A stretch of DNA of 63,026 nt, the filler included, from Platydemus manokwari (Eukaryota), in NCBI GenBank assembly GCA_037951405.1. It is 6 parts of 6 records of this genome, joined end to end, with 100 filler letters (N's around TTAATTAATTAA, not from the genome) between each part and the next. Parts side by side here need not be neighbours in the genome. Positions count along the whole stretch, not along the records: positions 33,880 to 43,564 come from JBBMOY011200098.1; positions 43,665 to 52,891 come from JBBMOY011280429.1; 4 more parts are not named here. One strand, written 5' to 3'. Shown here one piece after another: positions 39,891 through 51,062 of this stretch (position 1 is the stretch's first letter; every line of letters starts with the position of its first letter). Under the pieces are notes generated by a model, which saw only the letters and a list, made by a program, of their open reading frames with translations, did not search any database and was not told where the DNA came from. Position numbers and translations under genes: made by a program.

Positions 39891-42800
39891 TTAAAATCAT
39901 AGATTGATAAAGTTGCAAAGTAAAATCATATACAATCGTTTTAATTTTATTATAATACTTGTCTCCATCAGTTATGTGTTTAAAAGCATTCACTTACACG
40001 CTACAATCTTTCTGTGATGAAGATTTTATTGTATTAAAAATTATCTTTATTAATTAAAACTGCCAGTCCATCGACATAACAGTGTTAGAGCCCTTTCAAC
40101 ACACCAGCACCATGATAGGCCCTTTAATTCTCAAGTTGATAATTTACTAAACGAAGGATTTGAACCAAAGGTCTACACATGTTCTCTTTACCGTTGCATT
40201 GTTGTTTTATAAGAGTTTCTTTATTTTACGATCGATTTAGGAATCTGATGAAGCTCTACTGTAAATAATGATTTCCTACAATTTACAGTATGTTAGTGAA
40301 ATCTAAAATACTGTTGGTAATTTTATTAAAATCTGGCTAAGGTAGATGTGGCTCTTTTATAGAAATAAATCACTTCAATAAATAAATAAATAAATAATCA
40401 AATAAAATATAGAATAGAGATAATTCAATAATCTGCATCAATAAATAATCAGGAATTTGATTTAAACATTTGATTTGAATAATTATTGAAAATTCCGTTG
40501 TGTTGCCGTGATGGATAAGAATGACTGCTATTAGCCTGTCTTTCTTATAAGGTGTTATATTGATTTCCAATAGGAGCACATGTCATGGGGACTACTTGTT
40601 TGGATTCTATTCTGAGAGGATCAATGCAGAATATGTAGAAAAGATAAAAAAGATAGCACATATGGAGTATATATATCGGGTTTGTGTTGCTGGAAAACTA
40701 TTTTCAAACAGTGTTAATTCGGAAAACATGAATTGAAAATATTTATTGAATTAAAATTTCCTCATGATAATTATCAATAAAATTGACTCGATCGATAACG
40801 TTTAAAAACGACACCATTCGTTAGTTGAGATCGATAGAAATAAATTTAACTTTAATGATTTTGAGAATCGATTTTATTGTATATTTTAATTAAAATTATA
40901 AATGGTACTTCTACTAGATTTTTGTTTCTAATAATTTTCGTTTTCGTCAGTTTTCAAAATCGGGTCAAAATCTGGTTTTCTCGCCAGTTTAAATAGTCAT
41001 CTGATTTGGATACTTTTACCCAATGGTTGATAGAATTTTTTTAGGTTTTTGTTTATTTTTCAGAATCTCTTACCTCTACTCACATTGCCAATCACTTCAT
41101 CTTCATATATTTAATTTATTTTGGCACTTTCCACCACAATCTGATTTAATTATTATTAACAATTTCGATTATTATTATTGAATTTATTATTTTAATAACT
41201 TTTTTTTATCAATTTTATTTATTGTCATTGATTTTATTATTTGTAACTTGATTCTCATTTTATAAATAATAAATACAGATACGTTATAAGAATTTATTTA
41301 ATTTGAATAATAATCTTTCTTACAAAGATAATCAATATAATTTCGTACACATGTAATCGATATAAATCTTTATGATATAAATAATTCCTTTGGTACAAAG
41401 ATAATCACATTGTAATCAATTTTTACCCTAGTCAAATAAATATCAGATAACAAATGATCAAGGGGTTAAATAAACGTGAAATAACCTATTGATGACATTG
41501 GTTTGGGGATTCAATTCAAATTGTGGTTTGATATTAGAATAATAATTTCTTTTTTAATTTAGGTATTAAGATAGACACTCGATGCTATTGAGCTTTAGCC
41601 ACTCTTCACCAGCCATTTGTCAGACTAATCCTTTATTACCAAGTGTTATGAGTCGTTTTTCCGTGTCACTTTACCTCTCTGGTATCTTAGATTTATTAAA
41701 TGTTGTGGTGCATGTTGTCGATTCGGTATTTCTTTTTTGCTAACAATCATGGGCGTCTTTTCATGTTCTGTTTCACTATCTGAGTATAATACCAATCTGT
41801 CCATCATCAATTCTTCTGATTATCCCAAGTTTTTGTTTCTTAGTTCTCCATAACACACACAGAGAAAGAAATAGGCGGTAGATCGACATTTATATAGGCT
41901 ATTCGATGGTAAGAAATATGAAAGATTAATTTAACTCGTGTAAATATTTCCATTAAATATATTTTTGTGTGTTGGGAAGGGAATCCGCAAACACTTCGAG
42001 TTGGTTTGAAAACAATTATTAGCAAATTTCACCTATAACAAAAGGTGTAATTAATTGAGGTTTTACAAAAAATTATTAATCGCAACTCGTATTCGAATGT
42101 TAAAACCTAATATTTGTATTATGCGCACATTCCATCATATTTTTCTAACAATTGAGTTCATAACAGTGTATCTGAGAGTACAATTGCAACAGAATTTCAA
42201 TTATTGATGTCATAAAACACCAATGATAAGTATTTCACGAGTCTAGACACAACTGGAAATGTCCATTATCAAATTCAATTTGGTATTCATCAATCGATAA
42301 ATTGAAAAATACACTTATCGACACTGACACTGGCTATGAAACTAATTGGTTAGTTCTAAACCCGTCATGCCAAGTCTGCATTTCTATCATAGAAATTTCA
42401 TAGACTTGGTAATGATTGATCAATTCAGAATAACGTGTGGTAGATTTTTACTGGAAATACTTGGCAGTAATTTGAGATGATTTTCGATTAAATTTGGATT
42501 TGGTCAAACAATGGGAAAACATTTGATGGATAACTGGATTATTACAAATCATTTCAACTAATAAACTAATGGTGAATATTATTATTTTTTCCTGTAATCA
42601 ATTCAAACCGATCTGTTTATGTTAAATTATCACTGATAATATCGAATTGCAAATACAAGTTCTGTGTTGGTGGCTTAGCGCAGAATCAAGTAGAAATTAT
42701 AAACAATATAATGGAGGTCCTTAATTGTCTTTTAAGATGATTACAATTAAAATAGAGCTACAAAATAAATTGCACTTAATTATCCCACGACATTATAAGC

Positions 42801-43465
42801 CATTATAATTTTATTATATTATCATTATTATAATTATTATCATTAATATTTAAGTAATTTCAATAAAATCGATAACATAATATCTTTATTTTGAGTGATA
42901 TCATGATTAGATCCGATATTCAGTTGAGACAGATGCCACTACAAGTGACCGAAGTAATGATTGAAATTGTTGTGTGTTCAAATGCATTATTGAGTTCAGT
43001 CGATGTGGTAATTAACATTAATGAACAGAAAGTAATACAAGACCGGTCTTAAGATTTACAATTTGTTGAAATAGTCATTAAATGATCAATAAAGCCTCAA
43101 ATAAATCGATAATATAAATCGATATTTTGGTGTTATTTCATTGGCTGAAATTTATTTTAAGATATTGATAAAGCATTTTAAATTCATTTTTCTAAATCGA
43201 TAAATGAGTAAATATAATTTGCCAAGAAAAATTGTTTGTTTTAGCCATTATGGGGATAGAAATATTGATTTGGGACAATTTTGTTGTGATTCACTTATTA
43301 TGGCTAGCAGATTTGATTTCGGTGCTGTCGATTTATGAAACAGCTTGTGTGTCAGAAGAAATGTAATCTGACTACTTGATTGATTTAGATTTGAAGTGAT
43401 TTATATTCGTGATCTCAAGACTTGATTAAAAATAAAATGTAATTTACTTTGATATCTCGAAATAT

Positions 43466-43564
43466 TAATAATAATAGCAATAATAATAATAATAATAATA
43501 ACAATAATAATAATAATGATATTAATAATAACAATAATAATAATAATAATGTTAATAATAAATA
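43466..43564. repeat. (AAT)n microsatellite at contig end
   Basis: Directly visible. Confidence 0.95.
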
Positions 43565-43664
43565 NNNNNNNNNNNNNNNNNNNNNNNNNNNNNNNNNNNN
43601 NNNNNNNNTTAATTAATTAANNNNNNNNNNNNNNNNNNNNNNNNNNNNNNNNNNNNNNNNNNNN
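43565..43664. other. Artificial contig linker
   Basis: N44-TTAATTAATTAA-N44. Confidence 0.98.
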
Positions 43665-45570
43665 AAGCATTTTAAATCTTCCGAAATGATTTTAACTTGA
43701 TTTAGCAACTTTTCGATGAATATTTTTCGGGGTAACCCGGGGGTTTGCACTATCCATGTTGTAATATCATTTCCCTTACTTATTTCTAGCTGATAGATGG
43801 TTCCACAATTTAAATTGTATATGTTCACCACTCCATTACTACTCTCATGTAATCTGTCATCTGATGTTTGTCAATTTCTTTCTCCTTTAACTTTTAGTTC
43901 TTTTTTATGTTGTAACGTAAATGATTTTGTCTTTTCATTTTTATACTTATTATTTAATATCATCATCTTTCCATATCTACTGAAAACTTTGAACTCCTCT
44001 TTTTCTATATTATTAAAGGTGAAGATCATGACTGGACTGTCGCAAGTCTGAACACAGAGTAACACAATGTTTACGGTTGTTAAAGTTGCTATTCTTGGGA
44101 TTCTCCTCTTATAAATTATTGGTGTCGTGGTATCATTATTTCTCCTTTTTCTACCATACATTATTATCAAAGCTATTGTTATTGTTATGAGTGTTAAGAC
44201 TAGACTGCATATTAGCTACAATTTTAGATACTTAATGTATTGTTCACATTCTTTGACAGTTTCTATCATTTTGATTCTATCTTTTATCATTTTATCTCTT
44301 TCTATTTTTATTTATTCTAATTCTTTTCTCCACTGAATTGCCTTTCCTTTTATTCTGAGATGTTCTCTTTTTTCATCTTTTATTTTCCATTCTGCTTTTT
44401 TTGTCTATAATACGTTATTTTTTTCCTCTTTCTTTTTCCTATTTCATTTTTGTCATTAATTATCTTTGTTTGCCTCCATTCTGGCACATTGATTATTAAC
44501 CTATCCTTACTGGTCGCACAAGATTTAAAGCTTTTTTCACAATTACATTTTTATGTGTATGGATCAGCGTAACAGTGTGTGAACGATATATCATGTGTTC
44601 CTAATGCTGATAATATGATTGTTTTAGATGGTATAGTATTATTTAGCTTTATTTCCTTTTCTTCCTTAATTCTTATTTTTGCATCTATTCCCATTAATGC
44701 TATGAGATAGAATCTTAAGCTATTGGTGTATGGTTTCTGTGATATTCCCATTAACTCCTTCATAGCTTTTTATGCTTTAAATTTCCATTCATTTATGCGA
44801 GGTTTTGGATCTTTTATAATTGCCCTTAAATGTCCAATAACTTCAATTGTTTTCAGTTTACTACTTGCTAACTGTATTATTATTAAGAAATTAACTCTCC
44901 ATTCTTGATTTATTAACTCTTCCCATTTTCCTATTATCGTTATCTCTTCCAATTTCTCTATTTTTCATTTCTCACCATATCCTCGATTACACTTAACTAC
45001 AAATTCTATTCTATATGTTTCATTTTTAACCTGTATTTAACTGAAATCCTTTAACTTTCTCCAATTACATTGTTGTTGACAAACTATTATTGCTCTATTA
45101 TTCTCTATTGTTATGAAATATGGTAGAATGAATTTTCTTCTTATTTCACATACTGTTTTTGTACTTTCTTTTGTCATTATTGATGGCGATGTACTCTTAA
45201 TGCCTTCATTTGTGGTGATATTTTCTACCATGATTGGTAATTTGATTTTGTGACCTTCTATTTTTATTTCACTTATTAGTTCAGAGTTATTGGATTCATT
45301 AGTCTTATTAAAACATTTAACCGGTCTGATCATTAGACTAATTATTAAGGAAACTATTATAATTTTTCCTATTCTCTTAATTGATTTCCTTTTCTTTTCC
45401 TGTTTTAATTCACTTTCTCTTATGGTGTTAATATTTAGAATATATTTTGAGTTTGAGTCGGCTGTTTTCTTAATGTTTCTTATCTTGCTACTGGTTGTTC
45501 TTCTTCAGCTTTCTTACGTCTATTTACATGTACTACTGACGGGTCTTCATTCTTTTTCTTTCTTATAAAC
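43665..45570 (-). pseudogene. Degraded coding region of unknown product, probably retroelement accessory polyprotein
   Basis: Consecutive intronless minus-strand ORF fragments (45037-45333, 44770-44952, 44551-44763, 43871-44170, 43613-43831) with the same A-rich skew as the neighbouring Gypsy. A basic stretch is followed by the hydrophobic segment IATLTTVNIVLLCV. Confidence 0.4.
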
Positions 45571-45998
45571 AAATTTGTATCAGTTGCTTTTGTTGGGGTT
45601 CCGAGAAAAAACAGACTTAAAGACAATGTATGCTTGATATCGATATATATATTTGTATAACCTTTTTATTTATATGTAAATAATGGGATGTGCAAAATAT
45701 TAATTTACCTTTTTTATTTTTTTATTCCTGTTTAAAGAATAATATTAATTGGAAAAAGTTCTAGTCGTTAAACAACAATTTTTAGCTAAAATAATTTAAA
45801 GAAATTCTAATTGAAATATTAAGTTTAAATATTAAATATTTCGAGAATAGTAAAAATCCTTTTATCATATTTTAATATGATAATAATTAAGAATCAAATA
45901 TGGCTAATATTTAGATAAAAACTTAGAATAAATTTGGAATAAATTGATAAAATAGGCTTAATTAAAATGAAAATATTTAAATCATTTTCATTTTTCAA

Positions 45999-47006
45999 CG
46001 TAGCGACTAAAAAATCCAATTATTTAAACCCATATTTTTGTGAATTTCCCGACATTACTCTTACAATAAAATAAAATGTTAACAATTAAACCCGCATGGC
46101 AACCAATGCAGAGAAGGAAATTCTTTTGAATTGTGAAAATTCATCACAATAAAGAATTAAAGCAACCCGCATATTTTATTCATCCCGAATAAAACCCTAT
46201 TGTCACCGAAACCATATATAAGGCAGTTTAAACATCATATGGCTTTCGACCAAATCCGCCTGTTACAAGAAGTCCCATTACATCGAGAGAAAAACTAGAA
46301 TCATTCGTGAAGTGAAGAAGATCATTTGTGCCGTCGAAGCCGCCAATTTCTCTGCAGCCGTTGTTCCAGCATATGCCCTATATTGACTATAGGAAGAGTA
46401 TTGAATAATACTAGCGATTTCCGAAGTGAAGATCACGTAAGAGTAATATCTTGTAAAATCATTATATTTTGCACGTCAAATTATCCCAGCGTTCATTGTA
46501 TATTGTAGTAATTCATAACCATAATCGTATAGTAATATTGTATAAGTAGTAATTTATAATCCCATAATTGTATAACTGTAGTCACAATATAACTTCAAAA
46601 CCCCAATTTGAGTTGACTTAGTGAATTGTTATAAGGTATCACAATTTCATAGTAGTGATCGTCATTGTCATATATCACCTTTTATTTTTATTGGGAATAA
46701 TTTTGATTGATTTAAAGAGGCTGATTTAAATACGAGTGAGGACCGAGTTAAAGTGAATAGCATTAATATTAGTAGGGTTAAGTTAAAGATAAATTACCAA
46801 AATCGATTACTACGCCGATCCACTTATCGTCATATAAGAAGCGATCGTCGAGGCGAAAGAACATCAATAATCATAAGGTTTTGTTGCTACCTGAGGGTCA
46901 ATAACGGACTCACAGCACTGATTGAGTCGTAGAAACGATTCAATCAATTGAAATAAGCAAATAATAATAATAACCATAAAAAAGAGAGTGCCCCCAAAAC
47001 GCTCCA
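45999..47006 (+). mobile_element. Probable LTR (solo or partial) truncating the integrase
   Basis: Ends CGTAGCG and CGCTCCA are each one mismatch from TGTAGCG/CGCTACA. Internal TATATAAG at ~46215. Integrase homology stops at 47007. No TSD found. Confidence 0.4.
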
Positions 47007-47740
47007 CTTTTGCTACCTCATAGGAATCTTTATATGGCCCGTGCAATTTTGGTGAAATTCCCTTTTTAACTTCAGGCCCATAAATCCTAACCTTATCTCA
47101 TATCTTAAATCCATTATTATATTCTTTTTTGTCATGATAATCCTTATATTGTTCTTGTTTAAATTTTAAATTTAATTGCGCACGTAGGTAAATTTCCCCT
47201 AATTTTTCCTTCATTGTTGCTACATACTATTTTTCATCCTTCAATTGCGATGTTTGCGGCAAGAATTCTAGGTCTATAGGAAAATATGTATCTCTCATAT
47301 ACTTTAAATAAAACGATGAATATCCTGTTGTTTTATTTATTGCTGTATTATGGTTTAATATATTCATCCCAATCAGTTTGTTTTTTATTAACAAAATTTG
47401 ACAACATAATTCGGAGTGTCTGATTATATCGCTCTACTAATCCGTGGTCTATATGGCGATGTACTAATTTTCTTGATTTTAAAAACCTCCGTGACTTTTC
47501 TTATGGCATTACTTAAAAAGTCCTTTCCTCTGTCAGTTAACAATTTACGAGGCGCTCCATATTGAAATTTCTTTTTATACTAATAATTTTGCTATTGTCT
47601 CGCTCTTATGAGTTTTAGTCAGAAATGAAATTCGGTTAAAGTTATCGCAAAATACTATTATGTACTTATTGCCTTTTTCTGTTTTCGTCAATGGTCCCAT
47701 TACATCCATTCACACATTTCTATAGGTCTTTCCACTGGTG
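47007..47740 (-). pseudogene. Gypsy integrase (DDE core plus GPY/F region)
   Basis: MDVMGPLTKTEKGNKYIIVFCDNF, YGAPRKLLTDRGKDFLS, TSPY, TTGYSSFYLKY, DKVRIY...KLHGPYKDSYEV. Confidence 0.9.
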
Positions 47741-47879
47741 GTAGTGGTTTTGATGGTTTCTTCCCATTCTATCTTCATATTACTTTCTTCTTTACTTCTT
47801 TTTCCTCTACCAGGTGTTTTATCTAACTTATCTTGCAGTCCATATTTTTCTGTACTCAGCTATTGCTTTTTTCATAGCG

Positions 47880-48978
47880 TTATAAATCGGCATTGCGGTT
47901 TGTGCATATTTTTCTTGAAATCTCCTATAATAGCCTGCCATTCCTAAGAATGTTTCAGCTTCATTTATCGTTGTTGGCTCTGGAAAATTTTCAATTTTCC
48001 CTATTTTAGCTAGGTAGGGTGATATTCCCTTTGATGATATTATATGTTCTAAAATGCTACTTCGGGTCTAGCCCATTCACATTTAGTGGGTTTGATTATT
48101 AATCCTGCCTTTTTTAATCGAAAAAACTCTCTTCCTATATCTATTAAATGTCCCTCGAATGTTGATGAGTACACTAATATGTTGTCTATGTAATCCATTG
48201 CACTTGGTAAATCTGTTAACACTGTATTCATTAATTGTTGAAATGTTACTGGAGCTCTCGTTAATCCAAAAGGCATCTTCACATACTCCTATAATCATTC
48301 TCCAAGGCAAAATGCGGTTTTCTCTGTGTCATCTTCTTTCATTTGACTTGATTAAATCTCTTATTAAGATCTTAGTGTAGTATTTTGCTTCATTAAATTT
48401 ATCAAGAATTTCTCTTATGCTTGGTAATGGGAAAACATCCTGTTTGGTATTCTTATTTAGCTCGCTATAGTCTACATAAAGTCTTATTTCTCCATCTTTC
48501 TTTTTAACTGGAACCATAAGTCTTAAATGGTGATCTACTTTTCCTAACTAATCCGAATTCTTCCATATCTCTTATTTGTCTTTCTGCTTCCTCTAATAAT
48601 TTATACGGCATCCTTTTAGATGGTAATTTAATTGGGGTGTTATCTGTCATTATTATCACATGTTCTATTATTGCTGTTGATCCTACGTCATATTTATGTT
48701 TAGCCATTAAATCACTGTATCTATCAATTATTTGTTGTAATTTCTCATTATGTTCTGATGTTAAATATTCCTTTTGTATCTTAACTTCTCTATATTTTTT
48801 AATTCTCTCAGGTATATTTGAGTGTATAACTGCTATGATTTTCGCTTTAACTAGCTTTTCTATTGTTTCACCTTGATGCAGTATTTTGTCCTCGGTATCA
48901 TAATTTATTATGTATACTGGAAAGTATCCATCTTTTATTTGCGCTACGGTGTTAATTATTTTAATATTCTCATCCATT
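47880..48978 (-). pseudogene. Gypsy reverse transcriptase (with end of PR-RT spacer)
   Basis: IEHVI...PIK...RMPY, VPVKKKDGEIRLYVDYSELN, MPFGLTRAPVTFQQLMN, YIDNILVYS (YxDD mutated), FLGMAGYYRRF. Frameshifted. Confidence 0.92.
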
Positions 48979-50315
48979 TGTTGAGAAAGCCCCTCCAACG
49001 CTCCAAGTACATTTCATCATATACCCTTTGATGCCCCGAGCATATCTTATCATATACCCTCTGCTGCCCCGAGCATATCTTATCACATACCATCCAATGC
49101 TCCAAGCACGTCTAACATAACAACCACAAATGCCAATGAAAGCATTTAGCTCGATCAAGATGGCAACTGGGATGGAACGTTTTATCGTGGGGATAAGCAC
49201 GAGAAGATCGGCCGGAAAGAACCCCAAGAAACAATGAAGACGGAACCAATGATCTCGACAGATCCGAGAGAAGAGAATTCCCGATGGTGGTGAATGCACA
49301 AACGTGTGGATATGGACGAACAATATGATCTTGGATTCTCATAAACATTTACATTTAATTTTTACGTTTGATTTATTTCATGATTTTGTCTCTAATCTGT
49401 ATGTCTTATAATATGTAATTATCCAATCCTTCCTCAAATGTACACTGTATTCAAGTATTTGTATAGTGTATTTGTCACAAATTATATTTTCAATCACAAT
49501 TATTATAATGGAAATTTTAACGATAATAAACTTTAAAATAAATCGGACAACAAAAATAATAAATAGCGGGCCTAAAATAACAATATTAGAAAAATTAATT
49601 TAATTTACATAGAATTTTAGAAATGTGTTTAAGTGAGCTAATAATATATAGAAATTCCAAAATATAGAAAATCCTAAATTGTAGAAAATTGAAGAGTAAA
49701 CTGTTTTGAATCTTAGAATAGAATAAAATTAAACCGCCAACGACTGTTTTTATCGTTAGAAGAAGATTAAATCGACAGAAGAAAATTCATAAACGTCTTT
49801 TGCGAGAATGCTGGCAATATTGTATATTACGACAAGCAGGAGTAAATTCTAAGGTGCGGAAGCTGCCTAAACTGAAATAATATATTTTAAAATCTATATT
49901 CTCTAAAATCTTAATATATAGGTCTTTTCGTTAAATAAGAATCGGCCACTCACTAACCTTAACTTGTACGAGCTAAAAATCTAGTTTTCTTGAGGAATAA
50001 ATAAATAAATTGTTTGGTCCGATTTATTAATAAATTAATTGTTCATAATTTTTAATTGTAATTGATAGAACTTTGTGTACTTGTTATAGTTTTCAATAGC
50101 GGATTATTTTAAATTCAATTGTCTTACGTTTTGATTTGAATTAACGATTTTATATAGTAAACAGTTGATATCGTAATCAATAACAGTTTTATTTATAAAT
50201 TGCATTTTTTATAATTGACTGATAATCGAGAGGGTTGATTTGAATTAACATCAGATCAATCTTAAGAACTCACTTGTGTTGGGAGTAACACTCTTATAAG
50301 AACCAAAACCCAACA
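48979..50315 (+). mobile_element. Solo LTR (1337 bp) inserted antisense into the element 2 pol region
   Basis: Termini TGTTG...CAACA and 4-bp TSD CATT (48975-48978 and 50316-50319). Removing it restores the frame ...FMLEPRIM-DENIKIINT.... Confidence 0.9.
48991..49110 (+). repeat. 33-bp tandem repeat (~3.5 units) inside the solo LTR
   Basis: Translates as PSNAPSTFHHI-PFDAPSISYHI-PSAAPSISYHI-PSNAPST. Confidence 0.85.
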
Positions 50316-50965
50316 CATTATTCTGGGTTCTAACATAAATGATTCGTCTTCCTGATTCCTTCCTACAGTTATGCGATATATTCCGCTACTCCATTTTGGA
50401 ATTACTGTATTTTCACATAATTTTAACGCTTTGGATTGATTAAAGACACCAATTGATGTGGTTTTTGTTTTATTGTTTGGATCTTCCGTACTTATGGTTT
50501 GAAAATCTTTTAAGTCTCTTAGCTCATCTCTTGATTTTATTCTTAGTGTACGCAAGTCAAAATATTCCATCCTTTAAGCCTTCCTAATAAATCCATTCCT
50601 ATTAAAACTGCAAATGATGTTTTTTCTATCGCTTTAAACATGTGATCAATTCTTTTATTTTCTATTGTCAACTTTAACTGTAATTTTCCTACCGTTACTA
50701 TAGGTGCTCCTGTTAGTGTATCTGTATTTACATCTATGCTTTCTATTTCTTCCGTTTCTAATATTTTTGTGTTCTCCATGGAGTCATCTGCTCCGGTATC
50801 AATCAACACTTTAACATACCTTCCATTAATTTGTACTACTATTACTGATCTTGTTCCTTTTCCAGGTGTTATCTGAACCATTCTTTTTTGATATAACTGC
50901 GCTTGTATATTTTTCCATCTCTTTTCTAATGCCTTAGTCCTATCTACTGTCTCTTTGATTTGCAT
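50316..50965 (-). pseudogene. Retroviral-type aspartic protease and start of PR-RT spacer
   Basis: VQINGRYVKVLIDTGADDS...VLIGMDLL, followed by a frameshift into W/EYFDLRTLRI. Confidence 0.9.
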
Positions 50966-51062
50966 TCTAGCCTGTAAATCATCTTCTATAAATATTGGTT
51001 TAATTCCATCCGTTGCTGGAGGTGGTTGGTAATATTCCTATGGATGTACATGTGTCTTTCCT

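Noticed and set aside
41590-41860. Possible LTR end plus primer-binding site on the minus strand (AATAAA...GACA-AA-TGG)
   Set aside because: Only short motifs, with no downstream gag recognisable.
48991-49110. CRISPR-like repeat array
   Set aside because: Head-to-tail 33-bp units with no unique spacers, in a eukaryotic LTR.
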